The notes below the pieces were generated by a model. The model made no database searches, was not told the DNA's origin, and worked only from the letters and a program-made list of their open reading frames with translations. From positions 4,254-68,253 of the forward strand of contig CAYMHI010000002.1 of the NCBI GenBank assembly GCA_964390265.1: DNA of 64,000 nucleotides, read 5' to 3'. Shown here piece by piece: positions 1 to 8,961 of the stretch (within the stretch, counting starts at the first letter, position 1; each line of letters starts with the position of its first letter). Source of the DNA: an uncultured Candidatus Saccharibacteria bacterium (GTDB lineage Bacteria > Patescibacteriota > Saccharimonadia > CAILAD01 > BJGX01). Position numbers and translations under genes: made by a program.

Positions 1-643
1 AACTATCACTATTGTCTAGAATTTTTTTTGTTTGACTTATTATTTTTTTAATACTAACCATATCTTGATGATTACTACTACTTAATATATCTTCTTCTGC
101 AAAATCTAAGCTAGCTGCTGAATGGGCAGACAAATCTAATAATGAACGCTTAATACTAGCTATATCTCTGGTTAATCCTCCGGCTAGCTGTCTGCTAGCA
201 AGCCGCATCATCTGCTCATTACCACTAGCTATCAACTCACCTACGGCTTCTGCTTGGGTTAGGTCTAATTTACCATTTAGATAGGCTCTTTTTGTAAATT
301 CACCAGGTAGAGCTAAAGTAGCTCCGGCAATCAGTGATAGATCGATTGTCTTTTGAGTAATTGCTGGCGATCCGTGTAAATGAATTTCAACTACATCTTC
401 ACCTGTATAAGAGTGTGGTGCTGGCATATAAACTAATAAGGCTTGGTCTATTTTTGACTTATTATCTATCAACCAACCAAGAGTAAGCTCGCGCGGTTTA
501 ATCGTTGCTCTTATAGCGGGTTGCCAAACACACTCGGCGATATTTAAGGCTTGCGGACCAGAAAAGCGCACTATACTAATAGCCGCCGGAGTATTAGCGG
601 TAGCTGGTGCAACAATAGTTTTTTTTGATATAGTTTTTTTCAT
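1..643 (-). CDS. mnmE: tRNA modification GTPase MnmE (N-terminal part; runs off window edge)
   Basis: Manual translation from ATG at 643: MKKTISKKTIVAPATANTPAAISIVRFSG...PHSYTGEDVVEIHLHGS...PGEFTKRAYLNGKLDLTQAEAV; canonical position after jag. Confidence 0.95.
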   Translation of the reverse strand, partial: MKKTISKKTIVAPATANTPAAISIVRFSGPQALNIAECVWQPAIRATIKPRELTLGWLIDNKSKIDQALLVYMPAPHSYTGEDVVEIHLHGSPAITQKTIDLSLIAGATLALPGEFTKRAYLNGKLDLTQAEAVGELIASGNEQMMRLASRQLAGGLTRDIASIKRSLLDLSAHSAASLDFAEEDILSSSNHQDMVSIKKIISQTKKILDNSDS

Positions 644-790
644 GTTTATAGACAGATAATTAGAATTTAATAGCTTGAGTGCAGTTAATAAGTTATTTTT
701 TGAGGTGCTCTAGCGAGGCGTATCTGTAATACGTTGAGCTGGTACCACAGAAAAAACTTTTTAAATGTGCCGAGATATAAATTCTAATAG

Positions 791-1231
791 CTAAGATTTT
801 TTAATTACTATAGATCTATTAGGGTCTTCACCGATACTTTCTGTAGTTAGTTCTGCAGTATCTGCTAACACCATATGTGCCTGGCGACGTTCAAATGAGT
901 TCATAGCTGGTAGTGTCTTAGGTTGTCCATAAGCCAAGACTTCCGCGGCAGCTTCTTCGGTAATTCTTTTTACTTTTGCTATACGCTCTTTTTTATAGCC
1001 CGCTACGTCAATAGCTACAAACTGACTATCAGGGTATTTACGTCGGCGTAAAGTATTAAAGATATACTGTAAGGATCGTAAATTCTCGCCACGTTTACCT
1101 ATTAAAAGCGCGTGGTTTTCAGTAGTAATTTCGAGCATGCTATTTTCTTCATCTAGCTCACAGGTAGCTTCAATACCCATATGCTGTAATAGCTCTTCAA
1201 GTAGTGATTTTGAGTCACTAAAGCTGTTCAT
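791..1231 (-). CDS. jag: Jag/EloR-like KH-R3H RNA-binding protein (short form)
   Basis: LIGKRGENLRSLQY KH motif; ERRQAH R3H motif; synteny with yidC. Confidence 0.9.
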   Translation of the reverse strand: MNSFSDSKSLLEELLQHMGIEATCELDEENSMLEITTENHALLIGKRGENLRSLQYIFNTLRRRKYPDSQFVAIDVAGYKKERIAKVKRITEEAAAEVLAYGQPKTLPAMNSFERRQAHMVLADTAELTTESIGEDPNRSIVIKKS

Positions 1232-2031
1232 TTTTTACTCTTCTTTTTAGCTATTCCTTTAGTATTAGGAGAGGTTTTTTTAACAATTTTTACTTCCTCC
1301 ATCTCCTCTACCTCTCCACGCATTATTATATATTGCTGACCAATCGTCATGACATTAGTTACTGTCCAATAGAGAGGTAGAGCGGCGGGTAGTTTCCAAG
1401 CTATAAAGGTTGTTAAAAATGGGAAAAGATAATTCATCATAGCTGTTGCTTGAGCTTGTGAATCTTTGGCATCGGTTTTTTTAGGTGCAATCATTTTTAC
1501 TTGAATGTATTGAGTTATACCAGCAAGAATTGCTAAGAAGATGCTTGGTTGAGCCATATTTACTAATCCAAATAAACTAGGATTAAAACTACTTGGATTT
1601 TGTAACACAGATTGTATGTATGGCAAACTCTTTATTGGGGCATAAAGCAAATTAGCAATTGCGGCTGGGTCGTGAGTACTCTTTTGAAAGACAAAATATA
1701 GTGCAATAAGAAAAGGGAACTGAAGTAGAGCTGGTAGGCAGGCCGAGAATGGACTTATCTCTTTTTCTTTGTATAACTCCATAAGTAATTGAGATTCTTT
1801 TTGTTTATCACCACCAGCTTGTTTTTTGAGCTTGGCGATATCTGGAGCTAGAGCTTGCATCTTCTTTTGACTATGTAGTTGTTTGGCAGTAAGTGGCCAG
1901 AGAGCTAATCTAATAATAATAGTAAGTAAGATTACGCTCATACCAAAATCGTGGCCAGGTATAATGCCGTATATTAAGAAAAGTAAGTTCATTAAGGGCT
2001 GTACAAAGATAGTGGTTAGAATATTTAGCAT
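1228..2031 (-). CDS. yidC: Membrane protein insertase YidC/Oxa1
   Basis: IILLTIIIRLALWPL, CLPALLQFPFLIALY, LPLYW motifs; synteny. Confidence 0.95.
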   Translation of the reverse strand: MLNILTTIFVQPLMNLLFLIYGIIPGHDFGMSVILLTIIIRLALWPLTAKQLHSQKKMQALAPDIAKLKKQAGGDKQKESQLLMELYKEKEISPFSACLPALLQFPFLIALYFVFQKSTHDPAAIANLLYAPIKSLPYIQSVLQNPSSFNPSLFGLVNMAQPSIFLAILAGITQYIQVKMIAPKKTDAKDSQAQATAMMNYLFPFLTTFIAWKLPAALPLYWTVTNVMTIGQQYIIMRGEVEEMEEVKIVKKTSPNTKGIAKKKSKK

Positions 2032-2291
2032 TATATATTTCCTCGGTTTTTAGTATTTTTAAAACTCATATCTACACTTGGTTCAACAAAAGGATTACAC
2101 TTAACAATCCTTTTAGCTCCTAATGCTAGCCCCTTTATTGATCCATTATGCTTAATTGCTAAGCGTGTATACTCGCTACAACTTGGGTAGTGTCGACAAT
2201 AGCCATAAGGATAGCGTGACCTAAACCAGCCATGATCTGGTGATAATGTTTTTTGATAAATCGTAATAGATTGAATAATAATTTTTTTCAT
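2031..2291 (-). CDS. yidD: Membrane protein insertion efficiency factor YidD
   Basis: YQKTLSP...CRHYPSCSEY...KCNPF signature. Confidence 0.95.
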   Translation of the reverse strand: MKKIIIQSITIYQKTLSPDHGWFRSRYPYGYCRHYPSCSEYTRLAIKHNGSIKGLALGAKRIVKCNPFVEPSVDMSFKNTKNRGNI

Positions 2292-2307
2292 TAATTAGTA
2301 TTATATA

Positions 2308-2649
2308 TTAGCCAATTACAGATAGTTTCTTTAATCCGCTAATAATAGCGCTTTCAAGCTGTTTAGGGTTAAGAGTAGAAATATCTGTCTTTGCCGTAAC
2401 TATTATAGTATACCCAGGCTTTATCTTGCCAAAGTTTACTCTAATAGTCTCATATAAACGTCGTCTAATACGATTTCTATCTACCGCACGCTTAGATATT
2501 TTTTTTGGTGCAACCACAGCAAACCGACTATTGGGCGCCTGAACAGCCAAAGCTTTAATATAAAAGTCGGTATGATTATAGCTTTTTCCGTATTTATAGG
2601 TACGCGTAAAGTCAGTGGCTTTACTTAGGCGAAAACCACGAGCCAACAT
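2308..2649 (-). CDS. rnpA: Ribonuclease P protein component
   Basis: KRAVDRNRIRRRL RNR motif; synteny. Confidence 0.95.
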   Translation of the reverse strand: MLARGFRLSKATDFTRTYKYGKSYNHTDFYIKALAVQAPNSRFAVVAPKKISKRAVDRNRIRRRLYETIRVNFGKIKPGYTIIVTAKTDISTLNPKQLESAIISGLKKLSVIG

Positions 2650-2655
2650 AGTATA

Positions 2656-2793
2656 TTACACAGCCGTACGGCTGCGACCCTTTAGTCTGCGTCGTTTAAG
2701 TACATTACGACCAGCTTTGGTAGACATTCTACTTAAGAAGCCATGTACTCTAGCTCGTCGACGCTTTTTTGGTTGAAAAGTTTTTTTACTCAT
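2656..2793 (-). CDS. rpmH: 50S ribosomal protein L34
   Basis: Manual translation [45 protein letters not shown]. Confidence 0.97.
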   Translation of the reverse strand: MSKKTFQPKKRRRARVHGFLSRMSTKAGRNVLKRRRLKGRSRTAV

Positions 2794-2799
2794 AACTCA

Positions 2800-2955
2800 A
2801 TATATTACAGCTAATATTGGCTTAAGTCAAGATATCCACCAGGTTTATCCACAATAACAACAGATGGTTGTTATTTTTGGTACTTGTTCGGTTGTGGAAA
2901 ACTTTGTAAAGCAGTATTATAAAAAGTAATCTAAAGGGTGAGTAAATGTGGATAA
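2800..2955. promoter_or_regulatory. rpmH-dnaA intergenic region with DnaA boxes (oriC part 1 / dnaA autoregulation)
   Basis: TTATCCACA at 2845-2853, TGTGGATAA at 2947-2955 over the dnaA GTG start, near-matches in between. Confidence 0.75.
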
Positions 2956-4333
2956 AAAAAATGTAGAGCTGTGGCAAGCAGCTCTGGGCAGATTAGAATT
3001 AAGCGTTTCTCCAGCTAGTTATAATACCTGGATAAAAACATTACAGTTTGGTGGTATTAAGCCACCAGTAGCTACTATATATACTCCAAATTTTATGTCT
3101 AAAAACTATGTAGAGCATACCTTTTATCAAAATTTACTCGATGCCCTCTCTCAAGCAAACCCACAAATTACTGAGCTTGAATTTGCGGTTAGTCACAACA
3201 CTAGTACTAAAAAAGATAAATACGCCGAGGCCAGTTTATTTGATCAGAGTAAAAAAACTAAAGAGCGAGAAACTTCACCTCAACCTACAACCAAACAAGT
3301 TAGTTCTACACCTGTGCAGACCGGTATTCAAGCTGGCTACACCTTCGAGACGTTTATTGTAGGTTCAAGTAACCGTTTAGCTTTTTCGGCCGCTCAGCTA
3401 GTAGTGGAGAAACCAGGAGTAGCTTATAACCCATTATTTTTGTACGGCCCAGCTGGTGTGGGTAAAACTCACTTAATGTGGGCGATTAGAAATGAGATTA
3501 CTAAGCTTCAGCCAGAATTTAGCTCGCACTACATTACTAGTGAAACTTTTACCAACGAATATGTTAACGCTATTAGAAGAGGTGAAGAATTTAGTAATAA
3601 ATACCGAGAAGTAGACTTGTTATTTGTAGATGATATGCAATTTATTGCCGGTAAAGAGAAGACTCAAGAGGAGTTCTTTCACACCTTTAATGCCTTACAT
3701 CAAAATGCTAAACAAATTGTACTCTGCTCAGATAGACCACCTAAAGAGATACCTACTCTTGAGGAGAGGTTGAGATCGAGATTTGAGTGGGGATTGGTGG
3801 CCGATATCAACCCGCCAGATCTTGAGACTCGTATAGCGATAGTATTAAACAAAGCGGCTCGACAAGACATAGTACTAGACGAACAGGTGGCGGAATACAT
3901 AGCTCAGTCTGTAGATAAAAACATCCGCGAACTAGAGGGTGCGCTCACTAAAATAATCGTACATTGTAAGGTTCATAATACACCTATGACACTAAGTGTA
4001 GCCCAAGAGGTTTTTGGTGAATTAGCCAACACAAAACCTCAATTAAGTGCTAATAGTGTAGTTGAAAAAACAGCCCGGTTTTACAATCTCACCCCGGCCG
4101 ATATTTTGGGCGTTAAGCGCGATAAAGAGATAGTGCTACCTCGTCAGATTACTATGTATATACTAAGAACTAATCTAAATCTTAGTTACCCAAGAATAGC
4201 CGCGCAACTAGGTGGTAAAGACCACACCACTATAATGCATGGTCAAAAGAAAATTGAAAAATTAATAAAAGAAGATAGTAGTTTTAAAAAAGAGATAAGT
4301 GAACTTAATGAGTTTATTAGCTCATCGAGATAA
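2948..4333 (+). CDS. dnaA: Chromosomal replication initiator DnaA
   Basis: YNPLFLYGPAGVGKTHL, QEEFFHTFN, RLRSRFEWGL, GGKDHTTIMH. Confidence 0.99.
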   Translation: MDKKNVELWQAALGRLELSVSPASYNTWIKTLQFGGIKPPVATIYTPNFMSKNYVEHTFYQNLLDALSQANPQITELEFAVSHNTSTKKDKYAEASLFDQSKKTKERETSPQPTTKQVSSTPVQTGIQAGYTFETFIVGSSNRLAFSAAQLVVEKPGVAYNPLFLYGPAGVGKTHLMWAIRNEITKLQPEFSSHYITSETFTNEYVNAIRRGEEFSNKYREVDLLFVDDMQFIAGKEKTQEEFFHTFNALHQNAKQIVLCSDRPPKEIPTLEERLRSRFEWGLVADINPPDLETRIAIVLNKAARQDIVLDEQVAEYIAQSVDKNIRELEGALTKIIVHCKVHNTPMTLSVAQEVFGELANTKPQLSANSVVEKTARFYNLTPADILGVKRDKEIVLPRQITMYILRTNLNLSYPRIAAQLGGKDHTTIMHGQKKIEKLIKEDSSFKKEISELNEFISSSR

Positions 4334-4616
4334 TTAGTATTGTGGATAACTATGTGTATAAGTTGTGCAAACTGTGTGTATATGGCCGGTATCTATACAC
4401 AACTCTTACACAAACAATCTGTGGTTTAAAACCTAGGGGTGGAAAAAGTCTAGTTATGCATAGTCTGTACCCCACTCAATCACAACCTTACACACAAAGC
4501 ACAAGAGTTATTTTTAAGCCTAGCATAAGTAAAATAATTGCTTATACCCACTATCCACAATACCTACTATTACTACTACTAAAGAATATATATAAATATG
4601 ATAAGATGAGGAGTAT
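4334..4616. other. Probable replication origin (dnaA-dnaN intergenic region)
   Basis: TGTGGATAA at 4341-4349, CTATCCACA at 4551-4559, several degenerate boxes, AT-rich tract before dnaN. Confidence 0.75.
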
Positions 4617-5717
4617 ATGAAACTTTCTGTATTACAAAGTAATTTAAATAAAGCATTAAGTGTTACTAGTAGATTAATTCAGACTAATAACAGCCTACCA
4701 GTACTAAGTAATGTATTATTACAAACCAAAGATGGTCGTCTAGAGCTACAAGCTACAAACTTAGAAATAGCTATTTCTTATAAGATTGGCGCCAAGATAG
4801 AAAAAACTGGTAGTCTAAGTGTCCCCGCTCGCCTGCTTAGTGATCTAATTAACACCCTGCCTAACGATAAAATACAATTAGTACAGGTCAAAGACAATCT
4901 AGAAATTCACACCAACCAGCTTAATTCAGTAATTAATGGTATAGCAGCTAGTGAGTTCCCTAAGATTCCTGAGGTTAAAACTACTAAGCAATTTAGTATT
5001 GCAGTTAATGATTTTGTAGACGGCTTAGAGTATGTGTTGCCAGCTGTTAGCCTAGATGAGTCGCGACCGGTATTAACTGGGGTGTATTGTAAGGTAGAAT
5101 CGTCAGTTTTAACTTTTGCCGCTACCGATAGTTACCGTTTAGCTCAATACACTATTTCTGGTGTTAAAATCGATGATATTGAAGTTATTATTCCCCACCG
5201 CACTATTCAAGAGCTAATTCGAATTATTAAAAGTGAATCTATTACTGAGTTAGATGTAGGTGTAAGTGCAACCGAGGTGGTATTTTCATCTAAAAACTTT
5301 ACACTCACCTCACAACTAATTGAAGGTAGTTACCCAGATTACACTAAGATAATTCCACCCAACTCTCAAACATCAGTAGTGATTAATAAAGATGATTTAC
5401 TCAGTGGCCTAAAAATCGCTAGTTTATTCTCTAAAGAAAATGCCAATACTATAAGCCTGGCGGTAGTAAAAAACGGTTTAACAATTCAGTCTCAGGGTGC
5501 GCAGGTAGGTACCAACGAATCTAAACTAGAAGCAAAAACCACCGGTAATAATAAAGAAATTAATCTTAACGCTCGCTATCTTATAGATACCTTATCGGTT
5601 ATTGATAGTAAGTCTATACTATTGTCTCTCAATGACAAGCTCGACCCATGCGTGGTTTCTGCTAATAATAAAAAATCTACCTCCAACATTCATATTATTA
5701 TGCCTTTACGGAGCTAA
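4617..5717 (+). CDS. dnaN: DNA polymerase III beta clamp
   Basis: ATNLE, SRPVLTGV, AATDSYRL, IEGSYPDY, C-terminal IMPLR. Confidence 0.98.
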   Translation: MKLSVLQSNLNKALSVTSRLIQTNNSLPVLSNVLLQTKDGRLELQATNLEIAISYKIGAKIEKTGSLSVPARLLSDLINTLPNDKIQLVQVKDNLEIHTNQLNSVINGIAASEFPKIPEVKTTKQFSIAVNDFVDGLEYVLPAVSLDESRPVLTGVYCKVESSVLTFAATDSYRLAQYTISGVKIDDIEVIIPHRTIQELIRIIKSESITELDVGVSATEVVFSSKNFTLTSQLIEGSYPDYTKIIPPNSQTSVVINKDDLLSGLKIASLFSKENANTISLAVVKNGLTIQSQGAQVGTNESKLEAKTTGNNKEINLNARYLIDTLSVIDSKSILLSLNDKLDPCVVSANNKKSTSNIHIIMPLRS

Positions 5718-5729
5718 AAGGTAAATTAA

Positions 5730-6782
5730 ATGATAACCCACCTGGCGCTCAAGCAATTTCGTAACCACGCCGCGCTCAATTTAGACTTCAACTCTAATTT
5801 AGTTGCTATTACCGGCCCAAATGCATCTGGTAAGACCAATATTCTAGAAGCTCTCTATATTAGCTCACTTACAAAGTCGTTTAAAAATACCGATAACAAA
5901 CTAGTTCTACATGGAAGTAATTTCTTCACTATAGATAAAGTAGATAATAACAATAATATACATATTAGATTTACCCAGACAGATCTTAGTCGCGCTAAGG
6001 CGCTCAAGGTAAACAAGGTAGCCAAACCTCTTTACTCTATTATTGGTCAGAGCCCAATTACGCTTTTTGAACCTAATGATCTGTATTTACTCACTGGTTT
6101 ACCATCATTGCGACGCAACTACCTAGATAAAATACTTTCACAAGTAGATAAGGCCTACCTACAAAACCTTAGGCTATACAAAAAAATAATTCATCACCGC
6201 AACAGCTTACTGAGGCGAGCTAAAAAGGAAAATGTTAGAAATATAGATGAACAATTGTTTGTATTAAATATTCAACTAGCTAAGCCGGGCTACTACCTTA
6301 CAAAGAAACGCCAAGAGTTTATTAGTAGCTTAGTAAAAAGCTTAAATAATTATTACCAATTAATAAGCGGTGAATCGGCCAAAATAGTAGTAGAATTTCA
6401 TGCGAGCGCTAGCTCTAGTCAAGATTTACTAAATAAAATAGAACTTGCTGTGCAAAAAGACAGGGCTTGCGGGTTTAGTACAGTGGGCCCGCACAAAGAA
6501 GATTTCAATGTATCACTGCGGGGTCATAACTTAACAGACTCTGCCTCGCGAGGAGAGCTTAGGAGCTTAGTGTTGGCCTGCAAGCTCTCAGAACTAGACT
6601 ATATAGAAAAGAAGCTCTCACGCCGCCCTACGTTACTACTAGACGATGTCTTAAGTGAGTTAGACGACAAACGTCAAAAGTTTTTACTAAGTAGTTTGAG
6701 TATGCAGCAGACTTTCTTAACTACCACCCACTTACCAGATAATTTAAAACTAAAATTTCAACATATTGAGTTACCACTATGA
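5730..6782 (+). CDS. recF: DNA replication/repair protein RecF
   Basis: GPNASGKTNILEA, GPHKED, ASRGE, LLLDDVLSELD. Confidence 0.95.
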   Translation: MITHLALKQFRNHAALNLDFNSNLVAITGPNASGKTNILEALYISSLTKSFKNTDNKLVLHGSNFFTIDKVDNNNNIHIRFTQTDLSRAKALKVNKVAKPLYSIIGQSPITLFEPNDLYLLTGLPSLRRNYLDKILSQVDKAYLQNLRLYKKIIHHRNSLLRRAKKENVRNIDEQLFVLNIQLAKPGYYLTKKRQEFISSLVKSLNNYYQLISGESAKIVVEFHASASSSQDLLNKIELAVQKDRACGFSTVGPHKEDFNVSLRGHNLTDSASRGELRSLVLACKLSELDYIEKKLSRRPTLLLDDVLSELDDKRQKFLLSSLSMQQTFLTTTHLPDNLKLKFQHIELPL

Positions 6783-7054
6783 GCTTAGAACCAATACATA
6801 AAAAACTTATTAATAATAGATTTTCTACTGAAACCATAGTATTAAGAGATATTAAAGATATTATTTTTCAATTAACAAAAGTGGAGGCAGGGGTAAAATT
6901 ATCACCACCCTCTAAGCTGGTATTAAAAGTAGATAACGCATCAGCTGCTAGCGAAATTAGTTTGGTTAGCGACAGGGTTGTACTAAATATCAACAACTAC
7001 TTAGATTCTATAGCTATGCCGCGTATTGAAAAGCTGATTATTAAGCAAATTTAG
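6779..7054 (+). CDS. Small protein after recF, possibly DciA/DUF721-like
   Basis: Overlaps recF stop (ATGA); size and position typical of dciA; weak sequence signal. Confidence 0.45.
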   Translation: MSLEPIHKKLINNRFSTETIVLRDIKDIIFQLTKVEAGVKLSPPSKLVLKVDNASAASEISLVSDRVVLNINNYLDSIAMPRIEKLIIKQI

Positions 7055-7075
7055 TTAATCTAAATAAGTTAAATA

Positions 7076-7855
7076 TTAATCACCAGTCAAGTTATCTAGT
7101 TTTATTTTTGAACCTGGCGGAATACTATCTGAGTTTATTAGTTTTGCAAGTGTAGGATTATCGGCGGTTAAAACATAGCTTTTTCTATCCACTTTAGTAC
7201 TGGCAAGAAAATCACTGATAGACTTAGCAGTATATGCTATCTCACTTTCTGGATAAGGAGGAGTTAGGGTTGGATAAAACAAATCTTTAACTACTACAAC
7301 GGTATTAGTTTTACCATTACTATAGTTAATCTTACCCCCTACAATTGCGTAGTTTTGAGTATTATAGGGTAAAAAATTAGTTATAGTGTTAGTTGCTGGC
7401 TTAGGGTCGGTGTCTTCTATTTGTAGTTTCTGTTGTGCCTCAGTTAAGTCAGAAAATGGAATGTATTTAGTCTTAAAATTAATCTTAGTATTTTTTAATA
7501 CATCTCCTTTATTAGACACAATTTCTTTTATTGTAATTGTGTATCTTTGATTAATTTTCAAAGTATATAGTTTTAATATTAAAGTTTTTTTATCAACACT
7601 TATTCCACTTACTATAGAGTTGTTATTGCTATCACCCAAAGTAATTTTACTAGCATCAATTTCTTTATTAAAGTTAATATTTAACTGGGTTGATGATGAT
7701 GGGAAGTTTTGGTTAGCTTCAGGTAAAGTATCAACCAGCCTAAATTTTTCAAAAGATTCTCTATTAAAACTGTAAATTACTATTCCTATAAAAATTATAA
7801 CTATAGCCACTATAACCGATATTAAAATATATTTGTTCTCAAATAATTTATTCAT
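7076..7855 (-). CDS. Membrane-anchored Ig-like (Big_5-type) domain protein
   Basis: N-terminal TM helix; TLP...INFNKEID...YTITI...INFKT pattern. Confidence 0.6.
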   Translation of the reverse strand: MNKLFENKYILISVIVAIVIIFIGIVIYSFNRESFEKFRLVDTLPEANQNFPSSSTQLNINFNKEIDASKITLGDSNNNSIVSGISVDKKTLILKLYTLKINQRYTITIKEIVSNKGDVLKNTKINFKTKYIPFSDLTEAQQKLQIEDTDPKPATNTITNFLPYNTQNYAIVGGKINYSNGKTNTVVVVKDLFYPTLTPPYPESEIAYTAKSISDFLASTKVDRKSYVLTADNPTLAKLINSDSIPPGSKIKLDNLTGD

Positions 7856-8961
7856 TGTACCCTCATAAAACCGGTTAAGTATGGCGCATTAATACTATGG
7901 GTTGATTGTTTTACTTGGTCGCTTTCGTTACCGCCAATAGATGTGTATATACTTACACCATCATAACTAATTACTAAGTTAACATGACTTGGGTAGGGCG
8001 ATATACCTTCTTTGTAAATCGCCACATCACCGGGTTGTGGTTTGAAGCCCTGTTCGCCCTTTGGATGATAGAAGCCATTCTGAATAGCGTAATCTAATAT
8101 TCCTTGCGCTGAACCTATTACTCCATCACCACCACCTTTATTAAGTGGCTGACCGGCTTCATTAAATATATAACTTATAAAGAATGCGCACCAAGGATTA
8201 CTGCCACCACCAAACTTACTAGGGTCTTGTGCGCCACCATTCCAGGCTGCTAGTTCTCTTTTGGCAACATCAACTACCCCTGTATTTACAGTTGGTCCAG
8301 CATCATCACAAGCGTCGCTATTAGTAGAGTCTGGAGTAGTTGTAGGGGTTGTAGGTGCAGCACCCCCTGAAGCCTGTAAATACCTCGCGAAGTCTGGTGC
8401 ATCGTTATATAGTAATGGAATTTCCGCACCTTGGCCGGCATTAAAAGCCGCCACCACACTATTAGCATAGGCAATATCGGCCGCATTTGGATTATTTATA
8501 TTAGCCGGTTCATAATGGCTGACTGCTAGTTTGAAAACATCTTCACCTAATGTTCTTATTTTTGTAGCATATTCTATATAGGCCACAGCATCTTGCATAG
8601 CCTCAGGCGCATCTTTTGCACGTGCAAAAGGAATAGCAGGAGGATAAGCTTGTTTTACCGAGTTCCATGTACGGTTGACGTATTGGTATTTACCTGATGC
8701 TGTTGATTCTGGGTTTTGAGCTGTAGGATCACCACCACTTTCAACTGACATTATAGCTCTTAGAAGTTTATCTTCAAACCCACCACTAGCAGGAGTGGAC
8801 GTGCTTGTGCTAGAGCCACAATCGGTTTGATCGTACCAAAAACGCTTCTCTATCTCTAATCGCTGTTCTCTATTAAGTGCAAATGTTTGAAGTGGTATAG
8901 CTATAAACCCAACCACTATAAGTATTAAAAATGTTTGTATTATTCTTTTCATATCAACCAC
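7852..8961 (-). CDS. Secreted peptidoglycan hydrolase: lysozyme/SLT-like domain plus C-terminal CHAP amidase
   Basis: Signal peptide; AIMSVESGG...ASGKYQY; PWCAFFIS, PQPGDVAI, SHVNLV, IGGN. Confidence 0.85.
   Translation of the reverse strand: MVDMKRIIQTFLILIVVGFIAIPLQTFALNREQRLEIEKRFWYDQTDCGSSTSTSTPASGGFEDKLLRAIMSVESGGDPTAQNPESTASGKYQYVNRTWNSVKQAYPPAIPFARAKDAPEAMQDAVAYIEYATKIRTLGEDVFKLAVSHYEPANINNPNAADIAYANSVVAAFNAGQGAEIPLLYNDAPDFARYLQASGGAAPTTPTTTPDSTNSDACDDAGPTVNTGVVDVAKRELAAWNGGAQDPSKFGGGSNPWCAFFISYIFNEAGQPLNKGGGDGVIGSAQGILDYAIQNGFYHPKGEQGFKPQPGDVAIYKEGISPYPSHVNLVISYDGVSIYTSIGGNESDQVKQSTHSINAPYLTGFMRVQ

Noticed and set aside
4342-4620. 92-aa ORF between dnaA and dnaN
   Set aside because: Overlies the DnaA-box and AT-rich origin region and has no protein-like features
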